A DNA stretch of 64,000 bases from Nitrosopumilus sp. GTDB taxonomy: Archaea; Thermoproteota; Nitrososphaeria; Nitrososphaerales; Nitrosopumilaceae. Below, piece after piece: positions 40,069 through 49,950 of this stretch. The notes under the pieces are model-generated. The model searched no databases, was not told where the DNA came from, and was given only the letters and a program-made list of their open reading frames with translations. The position numbers and the translations under genes were made by a program. The stretch covers positions 928,001 through 992,000 of the forward strand of contig OZ245040.1 of the NCBI GenBank assembly GCA_965224195.1, read 5' to 3'. The stretch's first letter is position 1; every line of letters begins with the position of its first letter.

Positions 40069-40752
40069 ATGATCAAAGAAAGTCCAAAAGACCTTGTTCC
40101 GATGTTTTTTAATGATACTTTTAATTCATATGATAAAATCGTAAATTATACTACTTTTGGAAAAGATAGTTTTTGGAAACATAAAATTCTAGAACAGTTA
40201 TCTACTGAAAAAACTGTATTGGATCTTGCTTGTGGTACTGGTATTCTTACAAAACAAATTGCAGAAAAACTCCCTCATGCAGAAATTACAGGTGTGGATG
40301 TTACCAAAAGCTATCTTGAAAAAGCAAAAGAAAAACTAATTTCATTTCAAAAAATTTCTTTTGTAAATCAAGATGCTGAAAAGCTTAATCTAGGAAAAAA
40401 ATTTGACTGTATTACTGCATCATACTTGCCAAAATATTGTATGTCTGATGTTCTAGTCAAAAATTGCATAAAGCATCTTAATGATGGTGGAAAAATAGTT
40501 TTACATGATTTTACATACCCAAAAAATAAATTAATTCAAAAACTATGGAATTTTTATTTCAAAGTGCTTAATTTCGTAGGATTCTTTATTCCTAATTGGA
40601 AACAAGTTTTCCTTGATTTACCTAATCTAATAAGAACCACAAATTGGGTAGAAGATTATAAAGAGACTATGAAAAACTATGGCCTAAAAATACATGCACA
40701 AGATTTGACATGGGGCTCTTCAACTATTATTGTTGGAACCAAGATTAACTAA
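40069..40752 (+). CDS. UbiE/MenG-like SAM methyltransferase
   Basis: YDKIVNYTTFGKDSFWK, VLDLACGTG. Confidence 0.8.
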   Translation: MIKESPKDLVPMFFNDTFNSYDKIVNYTTFGKDSFWKHKILEQLSTEKTVLDLACGTGILTKQIAEKLPHAEITGVDVTKSYLEKAKEKLISFQKISFVNQDAEKLNLGKKFDCITASYLPKYCMSDVLVKNCIKHLNDGGKIVLHDFTYPKNKLIQKLWNFYFKVLNFVGFFIPNWKQVFLDLPNLIRTTNWVEDYKETMKNYGLKIHAQDLTWGSSTIIVGTKIN

Positions 40753-41157
40753 TCTTATTTCTTCTATTATGGTGAACCAAATTATCCCATTGTGAATAAT
40801 TTCATACTCTCTTGTTACTTTGTTCTCATCCTGATTGCGATTCAAGGAAATTATCTTTCTAGTAGCGTTGATCTTATTTGCATTAAGAATATCTCCAACA
40901 CCTTGTTTTTTCTTTAAAAGATCAGCCAGAATTAATTCTGGTAAACCAGTAGAGTCAAATTTCACGTTAGCTTTTATCACTGGAAATCCTTGTGCAGTAA
41001 TTGAGACCTTTCTCACAAATTGATTGGAAGTTACGGCATTCTGTTCAATTACTTCAAGTTTAATATTATCATCTAAATTATCTCTAAGAACAGTAATTAC
41101 CTTACCTACTGGAGCATCTAATATTTTATCTAACAAATCTTCAGAAAATTTATTCAT
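40720..41157 (-). CDS. Chorismate-lyase/UTRA-fold-like protein
   Basis: LEVIEQ...RKVSI...GVGDIL...R.I...TREYEI...IIEE pattern resembles the UbiC/DUF98 fold. Confidence 0.45.
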   Translation of the reverse strand: MNKFSEDLLDKILDAPVGKVITVLRDNLDDNIKLEVIEQNAVTSNQFVRKVSITAQGFPVIKANVKFDSTGLPELILADLLKKKQGVGDILNANKINATRKIISLNRNQDENKVTREYEIIHNGIIWFTIIEEIRLVNLGSNNNS

Positions 41158-41181
41158 ACTATTTTATCTTGTTTTAATGAA

Positions 41182-41862
41182 TTAAAGGTACCTTAACATA
41201 AAAAAGAAAATTGTGCCAAATATTACAACAAAACTTATGATTTTTAGAATTACTTCATTTTTGTAATATGTTTTCTGATTTTCTTTTTTTAGTCGTTTAT
41301 ATTTTCTAGATGTAACTATCAAAATATAACTTGCAAAACCCGCAATTGTAGAAAAAATAATGGTTTCACCCGTTATGGAATTAGATTGAATTACAGCTCC
41401 TGCAAAAACAGGTAAAATTCCCCAGGAAATTACAAATGATAAATTGTTGTGAAATTTACCGCGAAATAATTCAAGATTATATGCAAAAAGAAAAAACCCT
41501 TCTGCTATTCCTATTGGAATTAGTAACCAAGAGTCTAAAAATGCGTAATACAGTCCGATAGAAAAAGATATGATTAAAAAAATTATTGCTGTTGACCATA
41601 GCTTTGAATGTGATATGTCTCCCCAAGGCTTTTTCTTACTTCCTACTGCATCAAGACAATGTGCTGATATACCAATTGCAAAAAAATAGAGTAAACCAAT
41701 GGATACTAATCTATCCAGACTAAATTCTACTGAAAGAGAGCCCCATATGGCAAATGATACCACCATTCCAGTATATGGTAGAAATAAAATCCCTATTGAC
41801 AATCTAAAATTTCGAGAACCAAATTTTGGGACAAACCATTCAGATAATCTGTCTTCTGGCAT
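41182..41862 (-). CDS. Polytopic membrane protein, possibly UbiA-like
   Basis: 7-8 TM segments; AHCLD, AYNLELF.GKFHN, WG.LPV motifs. Confidence 0.55.
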   Translation of the reverse strand: MPEDRLSEWFVPKFGSRNFRLSIGILFLPYTGMVVSFAIWGSLSVEFSLDRLVSIGLLYFFAIGISAHCLDAVGSKKKPWGDISHSKLWSTAIIFLIISFSIGLYYAFLDSWLLIPIGIAEGFFLFAYNLELFRGKFHNNLSFVISWGILPVFAGAVIQSNSITGETIIFSTIAGFASYILIVTSRKYKRLKKENQKTYYKNEVILKIISFVVIFGTIFFFMLRYL

Positions 41863-42280
41863 TACTTTTTAATAATAATCTTACATTAAATGATTTGAAT
41901 CCAAAAATACTTCAAGCCTTCATGATTTGATTAAAAGTCCACCATGGTATCGGTCAATTACTGATTTTTCCATGATCCCTATTAACAAATTATTCATACA
42001 CTCTTTGAAGACTGTTGAATATTGAAACACAAATCAAAACATTAGACTCCGAAATGGAGTTTCTTTTCAAAGCTACTAATGATATTTTGATAAAAATTAA
42101 ACAACAAACCACTGGATTATCAAAATAAATCTACACAATCAAATCAATCTGTTTGAATCTATTTCAAAGATTTGTAAAAATCATCCATTATCTGTGAATT
42201 AACCTTATTGGCAGATCTTGTAAAGTCCAGTAAATTCATTTTCTGTAAAACTCTAATAATTCATAATATGACAAATATCA

Positions 42281-42643
42281 TTGGATTATGAAAAATTCTG
42301 CTCTCAAATTTTAGATGTAGACCCTAAGATTCGATTTGCCACAGTATTTGATGAATGGTCAGTTAAAGTAGGCGGTGGAATGAGAGATGGCGTGGAGAGT
42401 TTACTCTCAGAGCGTGCATCAAAAGAACTTGTCAATCTTGCAACCTTTGATTGGAAATCTAGAAAAGATATATCTAAAATGCTAGGGAAAACCAAATACA
42501 CTTTAGCCGAATATGAAACAATTAAGCGTTTTTCATTTTACCTTGGTGATGATTATTTACTTCTTGTAAGTGCTGAAAAAGACTGTGATACTAATCTTGT
42601 AGTTAATCAAGTAATCAAACTTTATTACAAAAATCAAGAATGA
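42281..42643 (+). CDS. Nitrososphaerota roadblock-like hypothetical protein
   Basis: DPKIRFATV..GGMR.G...LGKTKY pattern. Confidence 0.65.
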   Translation: MDYEKFCSQILDVDPKIRFATVFDEWSVKVGGGMRDGVESLLSERASKELVNLATFDWKSRKDISKMLGKTKYTLAEYETIKRFSFYLGDDYLLLVSAEKDCDTNLVVNQVIKLYYKNQE

Positions 42644-42695
42644 TACTTTGAAAACCAACTTGAATCTTTTTATGAGTAAACAATAAACTAGTATT

Positions 42696-43211
42696 GTGGA
42701 ATTAAAATCAGAAAAATCCATTAAGGAATACCTGAAAAAATTACCTGATGATACTATAATCAAATATTATCTTGATGTAGAGTATAGTCCATTTCCAATA
42801 CTGGTCATTGAAGAGTATACTAGACGATTTAAAAGAAAAACCAAAAATGAAATTATTAAAGATCTTAAATTACAATCTCGTTTTGCCAAAAAGAAAACCA
42901 AAGAAATAGGTTCTATGGCTAAAAAGCACAAGCTAGTTGATGACGTTACAAGAAAAAAATCTGAAGAAATAATCAAACAAGCAAAGAAGAAAGGCTACAA
43001 AATAAGTAAAAAATTAGCTTCAAAGGGAAGTATTTTGGGTTCTAAATTAAAAAGGAAAACAAAATCTACGCTAAAATCTGGAAGAAATCTAAAATCCTCA
43101 TCAAGTAAAGATCTTGATTTATTGAAAAAGCTTGGAGATTTACAAAAGGCAGGAATAATCACCAAGAAAGAATTTGAAGAAAAGAAGAAAAAGATCCTTT
43201 CTAAAATTTAG
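42696..43211 (+). CDS. Lys-rich protein with C-terminal SHOCT domain
   Basis: LLKKLGDLQKAGIITKKEFEEKKKKIL. Confidence 0.75.
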   Translation: MELKSEKSIKEYLKKLPDDTIIKYYLDVEYSPFPILVIEEYTRRFKRKTKNEIIKDLKLQSRFAKKKTKEIGSMAKKHKLVDDVTRKKSEEIIKQAKKKGYKISKKLASKGSILGSKLKRKTKSTLKSGRNLKSSSSKDLDLLKKLGDLQKAGIITKKEFEEKKKKILSKI

Positions 43212-43214
43212 AAT

Positions 43215-44303
43215 ATGACACTCCTTTCTCAATTTTTGCTATTTGGAATTTTTACAACGTCTGTATTATTTTTAGTAGATTTGCCTTTTGCAGAGGCAAC
43301 TCAGGCTGAAGGAAAATCAGGATGGGTAGTAATGTCAGACAAAGTTTGTGGAGATAAATTATGCTCCGAAATTACTTCTGTTTCTGAAAATCCTACTTTT
43401 TCATCTATCGCATATTTTCCTCCTCCTTTAATTCAAATTTCGCAAGGTGTTGATCCTTCTAACATAACATGTACTGAAGGGAAAGTATTGGTTCTAAAAC
43501 AATCAAATGGATTACCTGCATGTGTGAATCCCTCAAGTATTGAGACACTAATTACAAGAGGTTGGGCAATTCATGTTTTAGCTGATTATACAAATAAAAA
43601 TAATAATTCTGAAATATTTGCACTAGGGGAATTTACTGTAACATCTGAAACTGTAACTTATTTTGAGGATGTATCTGGATATTTAGCAAAACCTGTTGAT
43701 GATGGAAATCACCCTGGAGTTATAATGATTCATGAATGGTGGGGATTAAATGATAACATCAAAGAGATGGCAGACAAACTTGCATCTCATGGATATGTAG
43801 TACTAGCTGTTGATCTTTATGATGGAAAAGTTGCAACAACTTCTAATCAAGCACGACAACTAATTACATCATTTGATTCTGAATATGGGATACAAAACAT
43901 GAATTCTGCGGTTTCATTATTGAGTAATGATTATTCTGCAAACACCGTAGGTTCAATTGGTTGGTGTTTTGGCGGTGGTCAATCTCTAAACCTTGCACTT
44001 GATAATAATGAAATGGATGCTACCGTAATTTACTACGGTTCACTTGTAACAAATTCTGAAAACCTCTCTTCTATTGATTGGCCTGTTCTTGGAATATTTG
44101 CTGAATTAGATAAAGGAATTCCAGTTGCCACTGTCAATGAATTTGAATCGGTATTAAATGAAATAGGTGTAGACAATCAAATTTACATCTATGATGGTGT
44201 TGATCATGCTTTTGCTAACCCTTCTGGAGAACGATATGCCCCTGAAGAATCAAAATCTGCTTGGGACCAAACCCTCTCCTTTTTAGAATTAAATTTAAAA
44301 TAA
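43215..44303 (+). CDS. Secreted dienelactone hydrolase-family protein
   Basis: Signal peptide; IHEWWGLN, GWCFGG, HAFANPSG. Confidence 0.88.
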   Translation: MTLLSQFLLFGIFTTSVLFLVDLPFAEATQAEGKSGWVVMSDKVCGDKLCSEITSVSENPTFSSIAYFPPPLIQISQGVDPSNITCTEGKVLVLKQSNGLPACVNPSSIETLITRGWAIHVLADYTNKNNNSEIFALGEFTVTSETVTYFEDVSGYLAKPVDDGNHPGVIMIHEWWGLNDNIKEMADKLASHGYVVLAVDLYDGKVATTSNQARQLITSFDSEYGIQNMNSAVSLLSNDYSANTVGSIGWCFGGGQSLNLALDNNEMDATVIYYGSLVTNSENLSSIDWPVLGIFAELDKGIPVATVNEFESVLNEIGVDNQIYIYDGVDHAFANPSGERYAPEESKSAWDQTLSFLELNLK

Positions 44304-44363
44304 TTTAAAAGAAAAGTTATTTGGATATGAAGATCTTAAATATTATAATTCTTTAAACAAACA

Positions 44364-44762
44364 ATGGATCGTGAAGATTTCAGCTATTCCTCTATCAAAA
44401 TTCAAGATATTATGACTAAGGCATTAATCACTGTTAATCGTTCTACCACTGCATTACAAGTAGCAAAAATGATGGAACAAGGCGGAATAGGTGCAGTATT
44501 TGTACAAGATAATGGTAATCCTGTGGGAATTGTAATTGACAGAGATTATGCAACAAGAATTGCTGCAAATGATCTTCCTCTTGCCACTGCTGTAGAACAC
44601 ATAATGTCTACTCCTTTGATCACTATTAATCACAATGAACCAATTTCTGCTGCAGCAGAAAGAATGACCACTAAAAAAATTAGAAAACTGGCTGTTACTG
44701 AAAATGGTAAAATCGTTGGTGTAATTACATCCAGTGATTTAGTAACTCAATTAGCAAAATAA
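44364..44762 (+). CDS. CBS-domain protein
   Basis: Tandem CBS pair (DIMTK..., IMSTPLITI..., KIVGVIT.SDL). Confidence 0.9.
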   Translation: MDREDFSYSSIKIQDIMTKALITVNRSTTALQVAKMMEQGGIGAVFVQDNGNPVGIVIDRDYATRIAANDLPLATAVEHIMSTPLITINHNEPISAAAERMTTKKIRKLAVTENGKIVGVITSSDLVTQLAK

Positions 44763-45188
44763 CTAGAAAGTTTTTGTCTTTCTAAGAAAAACTGTAACTG
44801 ATGTCATGTAGCATCCTGTTGCAATAACTTCTGAAATTAGTGATGCCAAGTATGGTTCAATTCTAATTTCTAAAAAGTAATACAATGTTGGTCATCTTAT
44901 TCCAAGATAAATTATCTCACCTATTCCAAATAATGAAATCAAAGCTAACAGTTCTTTTTTAATTAAATTTGATTTCATAGACTTGTAACGATCTTTATTA
45001 TCGAAATAAAACAAGATTGAAAAAATTCCAAAGTAAATGATGTAACCAATAATTATTGTAATTGTTGTGTTTAGATAATTTTCTTGTTCTTCTAATAATT
45101 GAGCAGCTACTGCTGATAATGATGCTGAAATAATAAAACAAATGAGAAAGTTTCTGTTAATTTGTAATAATTGTGAATTTAATTTCAT
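44763..45188 (-). pseudogene. Membrane protein gene with an internal TGA at 44892-44894
   Basis: Hydrophobic frame continues past the stop (IYLGIR*PTLYYFLEIRIEPYLASLISEVIATGCYMTSVTVFLRKTKTF*). Confidence 0.7.
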
Positions 45189-45236
45189 GATGTGTCTTTG
45201 GTAACTGTTATTTTGAATCATCTCATAAACCAAACT

Positions 45237-45791
45237 ATGAAAAAAAGATGTGAATGGGCAAAAGATGAACCTAACACCACATACCATGATGAAGAATGGG
45301 GAACCCCACAACATGATGATCAAAAATTATTTGAATTTCTAATATTGGAGGGGGCTCAGGCTGGCCTTTCATGGGTGACTATCCTCAAGAGGCGAGATGG
45401 GTATAGGAAGGTATTTTCAAATTTTGACCCCAAAAAAGTGGCAAAATACTCTCAAAAACGTGTTGGAAAGATGCTTTTAGACGAATCAATAATTCGTAAT
45501 AGACTCAAGGTAAATTCTGCAATTAACAATGCAAAACAATTCCTAAAAATCCAATCAGAATTTGGCACTTTTGATAGTTATTTGTGGGGATTTGTAAATC
45601 ATAAACAAATTAAAAATAAATTTAAAAAAATATCTGATTTACCTGCAACTAGTGAGATTTCTGAAAAATTAAGTAAAGATCTTAAAAAACGTGGTTTTAA
45701 TTTTGTAGGCCCTACAATTTGCTATGCATTAATGCAAGCAACAGGTATGGTAAATGATCACACTTCTAATTGTTATTTGTACAAAAAATAA
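45237..45791 (+). CDS. tag: DNA-3-methyladenine glycosylase I
   Basis: RCEW, YHDEEWG, LEGAQAGLSW, IIRNRLK, FVGPTICYA.MQA.GMVNDH. Confidence 0.95.
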   Translation: MKKRCEWAKDEPNTTYHDEEWGTPQHDDQKLFEFLILEGAQAGLSWVTILKRRDGYRKVFSNFDPKKVAKYSQKRVGKMLLDESIIRNRLKVNSAINNAKQFLKIQSEFGTFDSYLWGFVNHKQIKNKFKKISDLPATSEISEKLSKDLKKRGFNFVGPTICYALMQATGMVNDHTSNCYLYKK

Positions 45792-45821
45792 TTTTTAAGG
45801 CAGAGTATTTTTCATTTAATC

Positions 45822-46187
45822 ATGGCTGAAGGAAAATTTGCAACATCTGTATCTTGTATGGATGGAAGAATTCAGATTCCATTAAACAAATGGATTAAAG
45901 ACCATTTTTCAGCAGACTATGTCGATACAATAACTGAACCTGGAGTAGATAAAACCATTACAGATATGGTTGAATCAATTAAAACAAAAATTGGAATTTC
46001 TATCAATGCTCATAAATCTGAACTAGTTGTTGTATCAGGTCACTATGATTGCGCTGCAAATCCTGTATCTGATGAAGAGCATATTACTCAAATTAAAAAT
46101 GCAGTAGAAGTAATTTCTTCATGGAATTTTAATGCCAAGATTATTGGTGTCTGGGTTGATGGTTCTTGGAATATAGTCCTTGTTTGA
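45822..46187 (+). CDS. Putative minimal beta-type carbonic anhydrase-like protein
   Basis: CMDGR and GHYDC zinc-ligand motifs. Confidence 0.7.
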   Translation: MAEGKFATSVSCMDGRIQIPLNKWIKDHFSADYVDTITEPGVDKTITDMVESIKTKIGISINAHKSELVVVSGHYDCAANPVSDEEHITQIKNAVEVISSWNFNAKIIGVWVDGSWNIVLV

Positions 46188-47457
46188 TACAATGAATCAA
46201 AAATTATCTAGATTTTTCAAAACTGCAGGACCTGGTATTTTGTTTGCTAGTACTGCTATTGGCGTTTCACATCTAATTCAATCCACAAGAGCTGGTGCTG
46301 ACTTTGGTTTGTTGATTATGGGCTTTGTAATTTTAGCCATAATATTGAAATATCCTTTCTTTGAATATGGTTCCCGTTATGCTAATTCTACACAAACAAG
46401 TATTATTGATGGTTACAAAAAACTAGGCAAACCTGCATTGTGGTTGTATTTCATTTTAATAATCACTTCAATGTTTTTTGTTACAGGTGCAGTAGGATTT
46501 GTTACTGCGGGATTTTTTGAAAATCTTTTTGGAATTGGTTTTTTAGGTGAATGGACTGTAGTCATTTTATTTGCTATCTGTGTTGTAATATTGGTAATTG
46601 GAAAATATAATGCTCTTGATGGTTTGATCAAAATTGTTGCAATAGTGATGTTGGTATCTACTGTAACTGCTTTTCTTCTTGTTTTATACAATGGACCGAT
46701 AGAACCTGTTGAAGGATTTACGCCAAAAGATTTGCTAACTGTATCTGGTATTTTCTTTTTGTTGGCATTAATGGGATGGATGCCTGCACCCTTAGAGATA
46801 TCTAGTTGGAATAGTTTGTGGACATTAGAACGAATTAAACAATCAAACTACAAACCTCGATTGAAAGAAACTATATTTGAATTTAAATTTGCATATTTCC
46901 TTACAGGTGTTCTTACAATAATGTTTGTAACTTTAGGTTCTTACATTTTTTTTGGGTCTGGAGAAGAACTTCCAAATAACAATGCTCAATTTGCACATGA
47001 AGTAGTTACGTTATACACTCAAACTATTGGGGATTGGAGCCACGTCATAATTTCGGCTTCAGCTTTTGCAATAATGTTTGGGACTATTATTGCAGTATTT
47101 GACGGATATTCTAGGTCTTTGAAAAGAACTATTGAGCTCCTTTTTACTCAAAATGAAAATATCTCAGGCATAAAATCTAGAATTTTGTATGTTGTTCTTC
47201 TCTTGATAATTGCTATTGGCTCACTAGTTGTAATATTTCAGTTTGGTAATAATCTCAAAGCCTTAGTAGATTTTGCTACTGTTTTGTCTTTTGTTGTTGC
47301 ACCTATAATTGCTATTTTTAATTTTAGATTAGTTACTGGAAAATACCTTCCAAAATTAGACCATCCATCTATAATTATGAAAATTACTAGTGTTGCAGGA
47401 ATTATATTTTTAATTGGGTTTGCATTATTATTTTTAATAATCAAGTTTTCTTCTTAA
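46180..47457 (+). CDS. Nramp-like/APC-superfamily divalent metal transporter
   Basis: GPGILFASTAIGVSHLIQSTRAGA, GWMPAP; ~11 TM. Confidence 0.8.
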   Translation: MFDTMNQKLSRFFKTAGPGILFASTAIGVSHLIQSTRAGADFGLLIMGFVILAIILKYPFFEYGSRYANSTQTSIIDGYKKLGKPALWLYFILIITSMFFVTGAVGFVTAGFFENLFGIGFLGEWTVVILFAICVVILVIGKYNALDGLIKIVAIVMLVSTVTAFLLVLYNGPIEPVEGFTPKDLLTVSGIFFLLALMGWMPAPLEISSWNSLWTLERIKQSNYKPRLKETIFEFKFAYFLTGVLTIMFVTLGSYIFFGSGEELPNNNAQFAHEVVTLYTQTIGDWSHVIISASAFAIMFGTIIAVFDGYSRSLKRTIELLFTQNENISGIKSRILYVVLLLIIAIGSLVVIFQFGNNLKALVDFATVLSFVVAPIIAIFNFRLVTGKYLPKLDHPSIIMKITSVAGIIFLIGFALLFLIIKFSS

Positions 47458-47532
47458 TCCTTTAAATTTAATAAAAAACCTACAACTAAAAACAATTAAA
47501 CACATTAAAGAGATTTGATAAGAATACACATA

Positions 47533-48213
47533 ATGAAAATATTTACGGTGTTTGGAATAATTTTAATTGCTGGTTTTGGATTATCATTTACCGTTTTTGC
47601 TGAAGACTCTTCAATTCCTGATTGGGTAAAAAATAATGCAAAGTGGTGGTCTGAAGGAACAATTAGTGAATCTGATTATATTACGTCTTTAGAATACTTG
47701 ATTCAAAATGGAATGATTGATTTACCAACTCTAATTACTGAAGTGACTGCTTCTCAAACTATGTATTCTGAAGAAGAACGCGCACAATCCTTTAGAGTTA
47801 CAATTTCAAATATTGTAGAACCATTACCTGTACACTTTTTTGAAAAATTTGAATTAACCTCATCTACTACAGGTGATGCTGATGATCCACGTGGAAGAAT
47901 GTATGAATTTCGTGATTCCCCAAAATTTTTCTTAGAGTCCATTCCTAGTACTGATAAAAAACTATTTTATGATTTTGTATCTGACTGGATGGATAGAGGG
48001 AATTTACTAAATGAATTTGATGTGGATGTAACTGTGCTTGATGGAACTGGTGCTGAAATTCAAACCTGGGCTTTTACTACTTGTGAGATTACAAATTATG
48101 GGACATATCTTCAAGATACTATATTTATCTACCAATTCTCTGGTGAACAAGACTCTGAAATTAGAGATAGGACAAGTTTTTCTTGTGCTGGTATACCTCT
48201 TGAAACTCTATAA
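47533..48213 (+). CDS. Secreted protein with an IPxWVKNNAxWW module and a tube-like beta domain
   Basis: Signal peptide; IPDWVKNNAKWWSEG.ISESDY; C-terminal FDVDVTVLDG.G..IQTW.F..C. Confidence 0.7.
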   Translation: MKIFTVFGIILIAGFGLSFTVFAEDSSIPDWVKNNAKWWSEGTISESDYITSLEYLIQNGMIDLPTLITEVTASQTMYSEEERAQSFRVTISNIVEPLPVHFFEKFELTSSTTGDADDPRGRMYEFRDSPKFFLESIPSTDKKLFYDFVSDWMDRGNLLNEFDVDVTVLDGTGAEIQTWAFTTCEITNYGTYLQDTIFIYQFSGEQDSEIRDRTSFSCAGIPLETL

Positions 48214-48260
48214 TTTTAGCAAGTTATTTTAATACATACAAATCAAGTATGTTATCCGTC

Positions 48261-48776
48261 ATGAAACTTTCTCCTAAAATGAAAAAAGCCCTAAATGATC
48301 AAGTGACTCTTGAAGCATCTGCTGCAAACAGCTATTTGGCAATGGCATCTTGGTGTGAAGTAACAGGGTATCAAGGAGCTGCAAATTACTTTTACGTCCA
48401 ATCTGATGAAGAGCGAACTCATATGCTAAAAATTGTACATTATCTTAACTCACTTGGTATAATTGCAACAATCCCTGCAACAAAAGCTCCATCTGGTTCT
48501 TACAAATCCCTTGAAGTACTAATCAATACTGCACTAAAAAATGAACAAGCAGTAACTAAAGCAATTCATAACATGGTGGAGATTGCACAAAAAGAAAAAG
48601 ATCATTCGACATATGTTTTTCTAGAATGGTTTGTGAATGAACAAGTACAAGAAGAAACAAAGTTTGAAACAATATTACAAAAGTTTGATCTTCTTGGTCG
48701 AGATAAATTAGGAATAAATGAAATTGACAAATTCCTTGCTACAGAGGCTACTGCACCTGCAGATCCTGTCGCATAA
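48261..48776 (+). CDS. Ferritin
   Basis: E..A..YLAMASW, EERTH, NEQAVT, FLEWFVNEQVQEE. Confidence 0.93.
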   Translation: MKLSPKMKKALNDQVTLEASAANSYLAMASWCEVTGYQGAANYFYVQSDEERTHMLKIVHYLNSLGIIATIPATKAPSGSYKSLEVLINTALKNEQAVTKAIHNMVEIAQKEKDHSTYVFLEWFVNEQVQEETKFETILQKFDLLGRDKLGINEIDKFLATEATAPADPVA

Positions 48777-48818
48777 ATTTTCTAAAATAATTAATACCTC
48801 GTCATTTTCAACTCTTTC

Positions 48819-49151
48819 ATGACAGTTATTGTAACTAGAAAGCCAGGTGGTATGACTCAACTATTCAATACTGAAACTGGTAGAGTTACCTACAAGTGCA
48901 GGGCAGAATCAGCATTTATGCTAATTGAAGCCTTTGGAGGAATTGTAAAATTCAATCAAAAAGGAGCTATAGCTACTGTCACTGGGCATATTACTGAACT
49001 TGAATCCTGCGATGTAATTAAGAAAGGACATTCAGAATACAAAGAAGCATTGATTGCTATTGTCACAGCACACAAAGAATTTACACAAAACGTTTCTGAT
49101 TCATATCAAAAAGAAATTAAGGAACTTGAAAACAAACTATCTGCTCTTTAA
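48819..49151 (+). CDS. Hypothetical protein
   Basis: 110-aa ORF with a C-terminal coiled coil. Confidence 0.6.
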   Translation: MTVIVTRKPGGMTQLFNTETGRVTYKCRAESAFMLIEAFGGIVKFNQKGAIATVTGHITELESCDVIKKGHSEYKEALIAIVTAHKEFTQNVSDSYQKEIKELENKLSAL

Positions 49152-49184
49152 TTTTAGTACATAAAAAAATTCTACAAAATTACT

Positions 49185-49358
49185 TTAACCATAAATCATA
49201 CAGTGTTCGCATTCACAAACTTCTTGTTCTTTTGATTTCTTTAGGCATTTTTTGTGTTGACCTGCTTGGCATTGTACACAAACTTCTTCAATGTTCTCAA
49301 CACTTGTGTATTTTTTAGACTGATCAAATCCAAATCCTCCATCCTGTGGTCCTACCAT
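49185..49358 (-). CDS. 57-aa Cys-rich microprotein
   Basis: MVGPQDGGFGFDQ...CVQCQAGQHKKC...CECEHCMIYG; not in the ORF track. Confidence 0.6.
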   Translation of the reverse strand: MVGPQDGGFGFDQSKKYTSVENIEEVCVQCQAGQHKKCLKKSKEQEVCECEHCMIYG

Positions 49359-49392
49359 ATGTCTACTAAATTGAGGTTCTATTTCTACTTCA

Positions 49393-49692
49393 CTAATTGA
49401 TTGCTGATTTTATTGCTTCTTGTAAATCTATTTTGTGAGTTTCAATTATTCCTCGTATTTCAAAAGTATCTACGTATCCTCCAGCTGATGCTCTAGTTGC
49501 TTTGAGGAGATAACGTAGAGATCCTTCTTCAATTTTTCCCACATAGTACCCGTAGAGAAAATCTACTTCGTCTTTACATTTCCAAATTTGTTTGATTGCT
49601 GGGAATGTTTGTTTAATTTCAGTGGGAATTTCTAAAATTCTTCTTTGAATGTATTGATCTAATGATTTTCTAATTGTTGAATCTTGTAACAA
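49393..49692 (-). CDS. Conserved hypothetical protein
   Basis: IWKC..EVDFLYGYYVGKIE motif; 99 aa. Confidence 0.7.
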   Translation of the reverse strand: MLQDSTIRKSLDQYIQRRILEIPTEIKQTFPAIKQIWKCKDEVDFLYGYYVGKIEEGSLRYLLKATRASAGGYVDTFEIRGIIETHKIDLQEAIKSAIN

Positions 49693-49720
49693 CTCAAAGT
49701 CTTATTGATGTCCTTGCATT

Positions 49721-49867
49721 TTAGTCCTTTTTCTTTTTATCTTTAACTTCGTCTGGTTTGTCCCACATGTGCATTGTACCTCTAACCATGAATGACCCTA
49801 CAATTATGGCAACCAATCCGGTAACTATGAATAAAAATAATTTTCCAATATCCTTGATACTTGCCAC
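49721..49867 (-). CDS. 48-aa single-TM microprotein
   Basis: GTG start; MASIKDIGKLFLFIVTGLVAIIVGSFMVRG...DKKKKD. Confidence 0.55.
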   Translation of the reverse strand: MASIKDIGKLFLFIVTGLVAIIVGSFMVRGTMHMWDKPDEVKDKKKKD

Positions 49868-49950
49868 ATTATATTCAGTTAATCTGTCTAATTATAATTG
49901 TCTGAGATGGGCAATTAGATTCAATAGTGAGTTTGAAAAAATCTTCTCAA

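Noticed and set aside
44892-44894. UGA recoding (Trp or Sec) as an explanation for internal stops
   Set aside because: TGA is used as a normal stop elsewhere in the window, and other lesions are TAA or frameshifts
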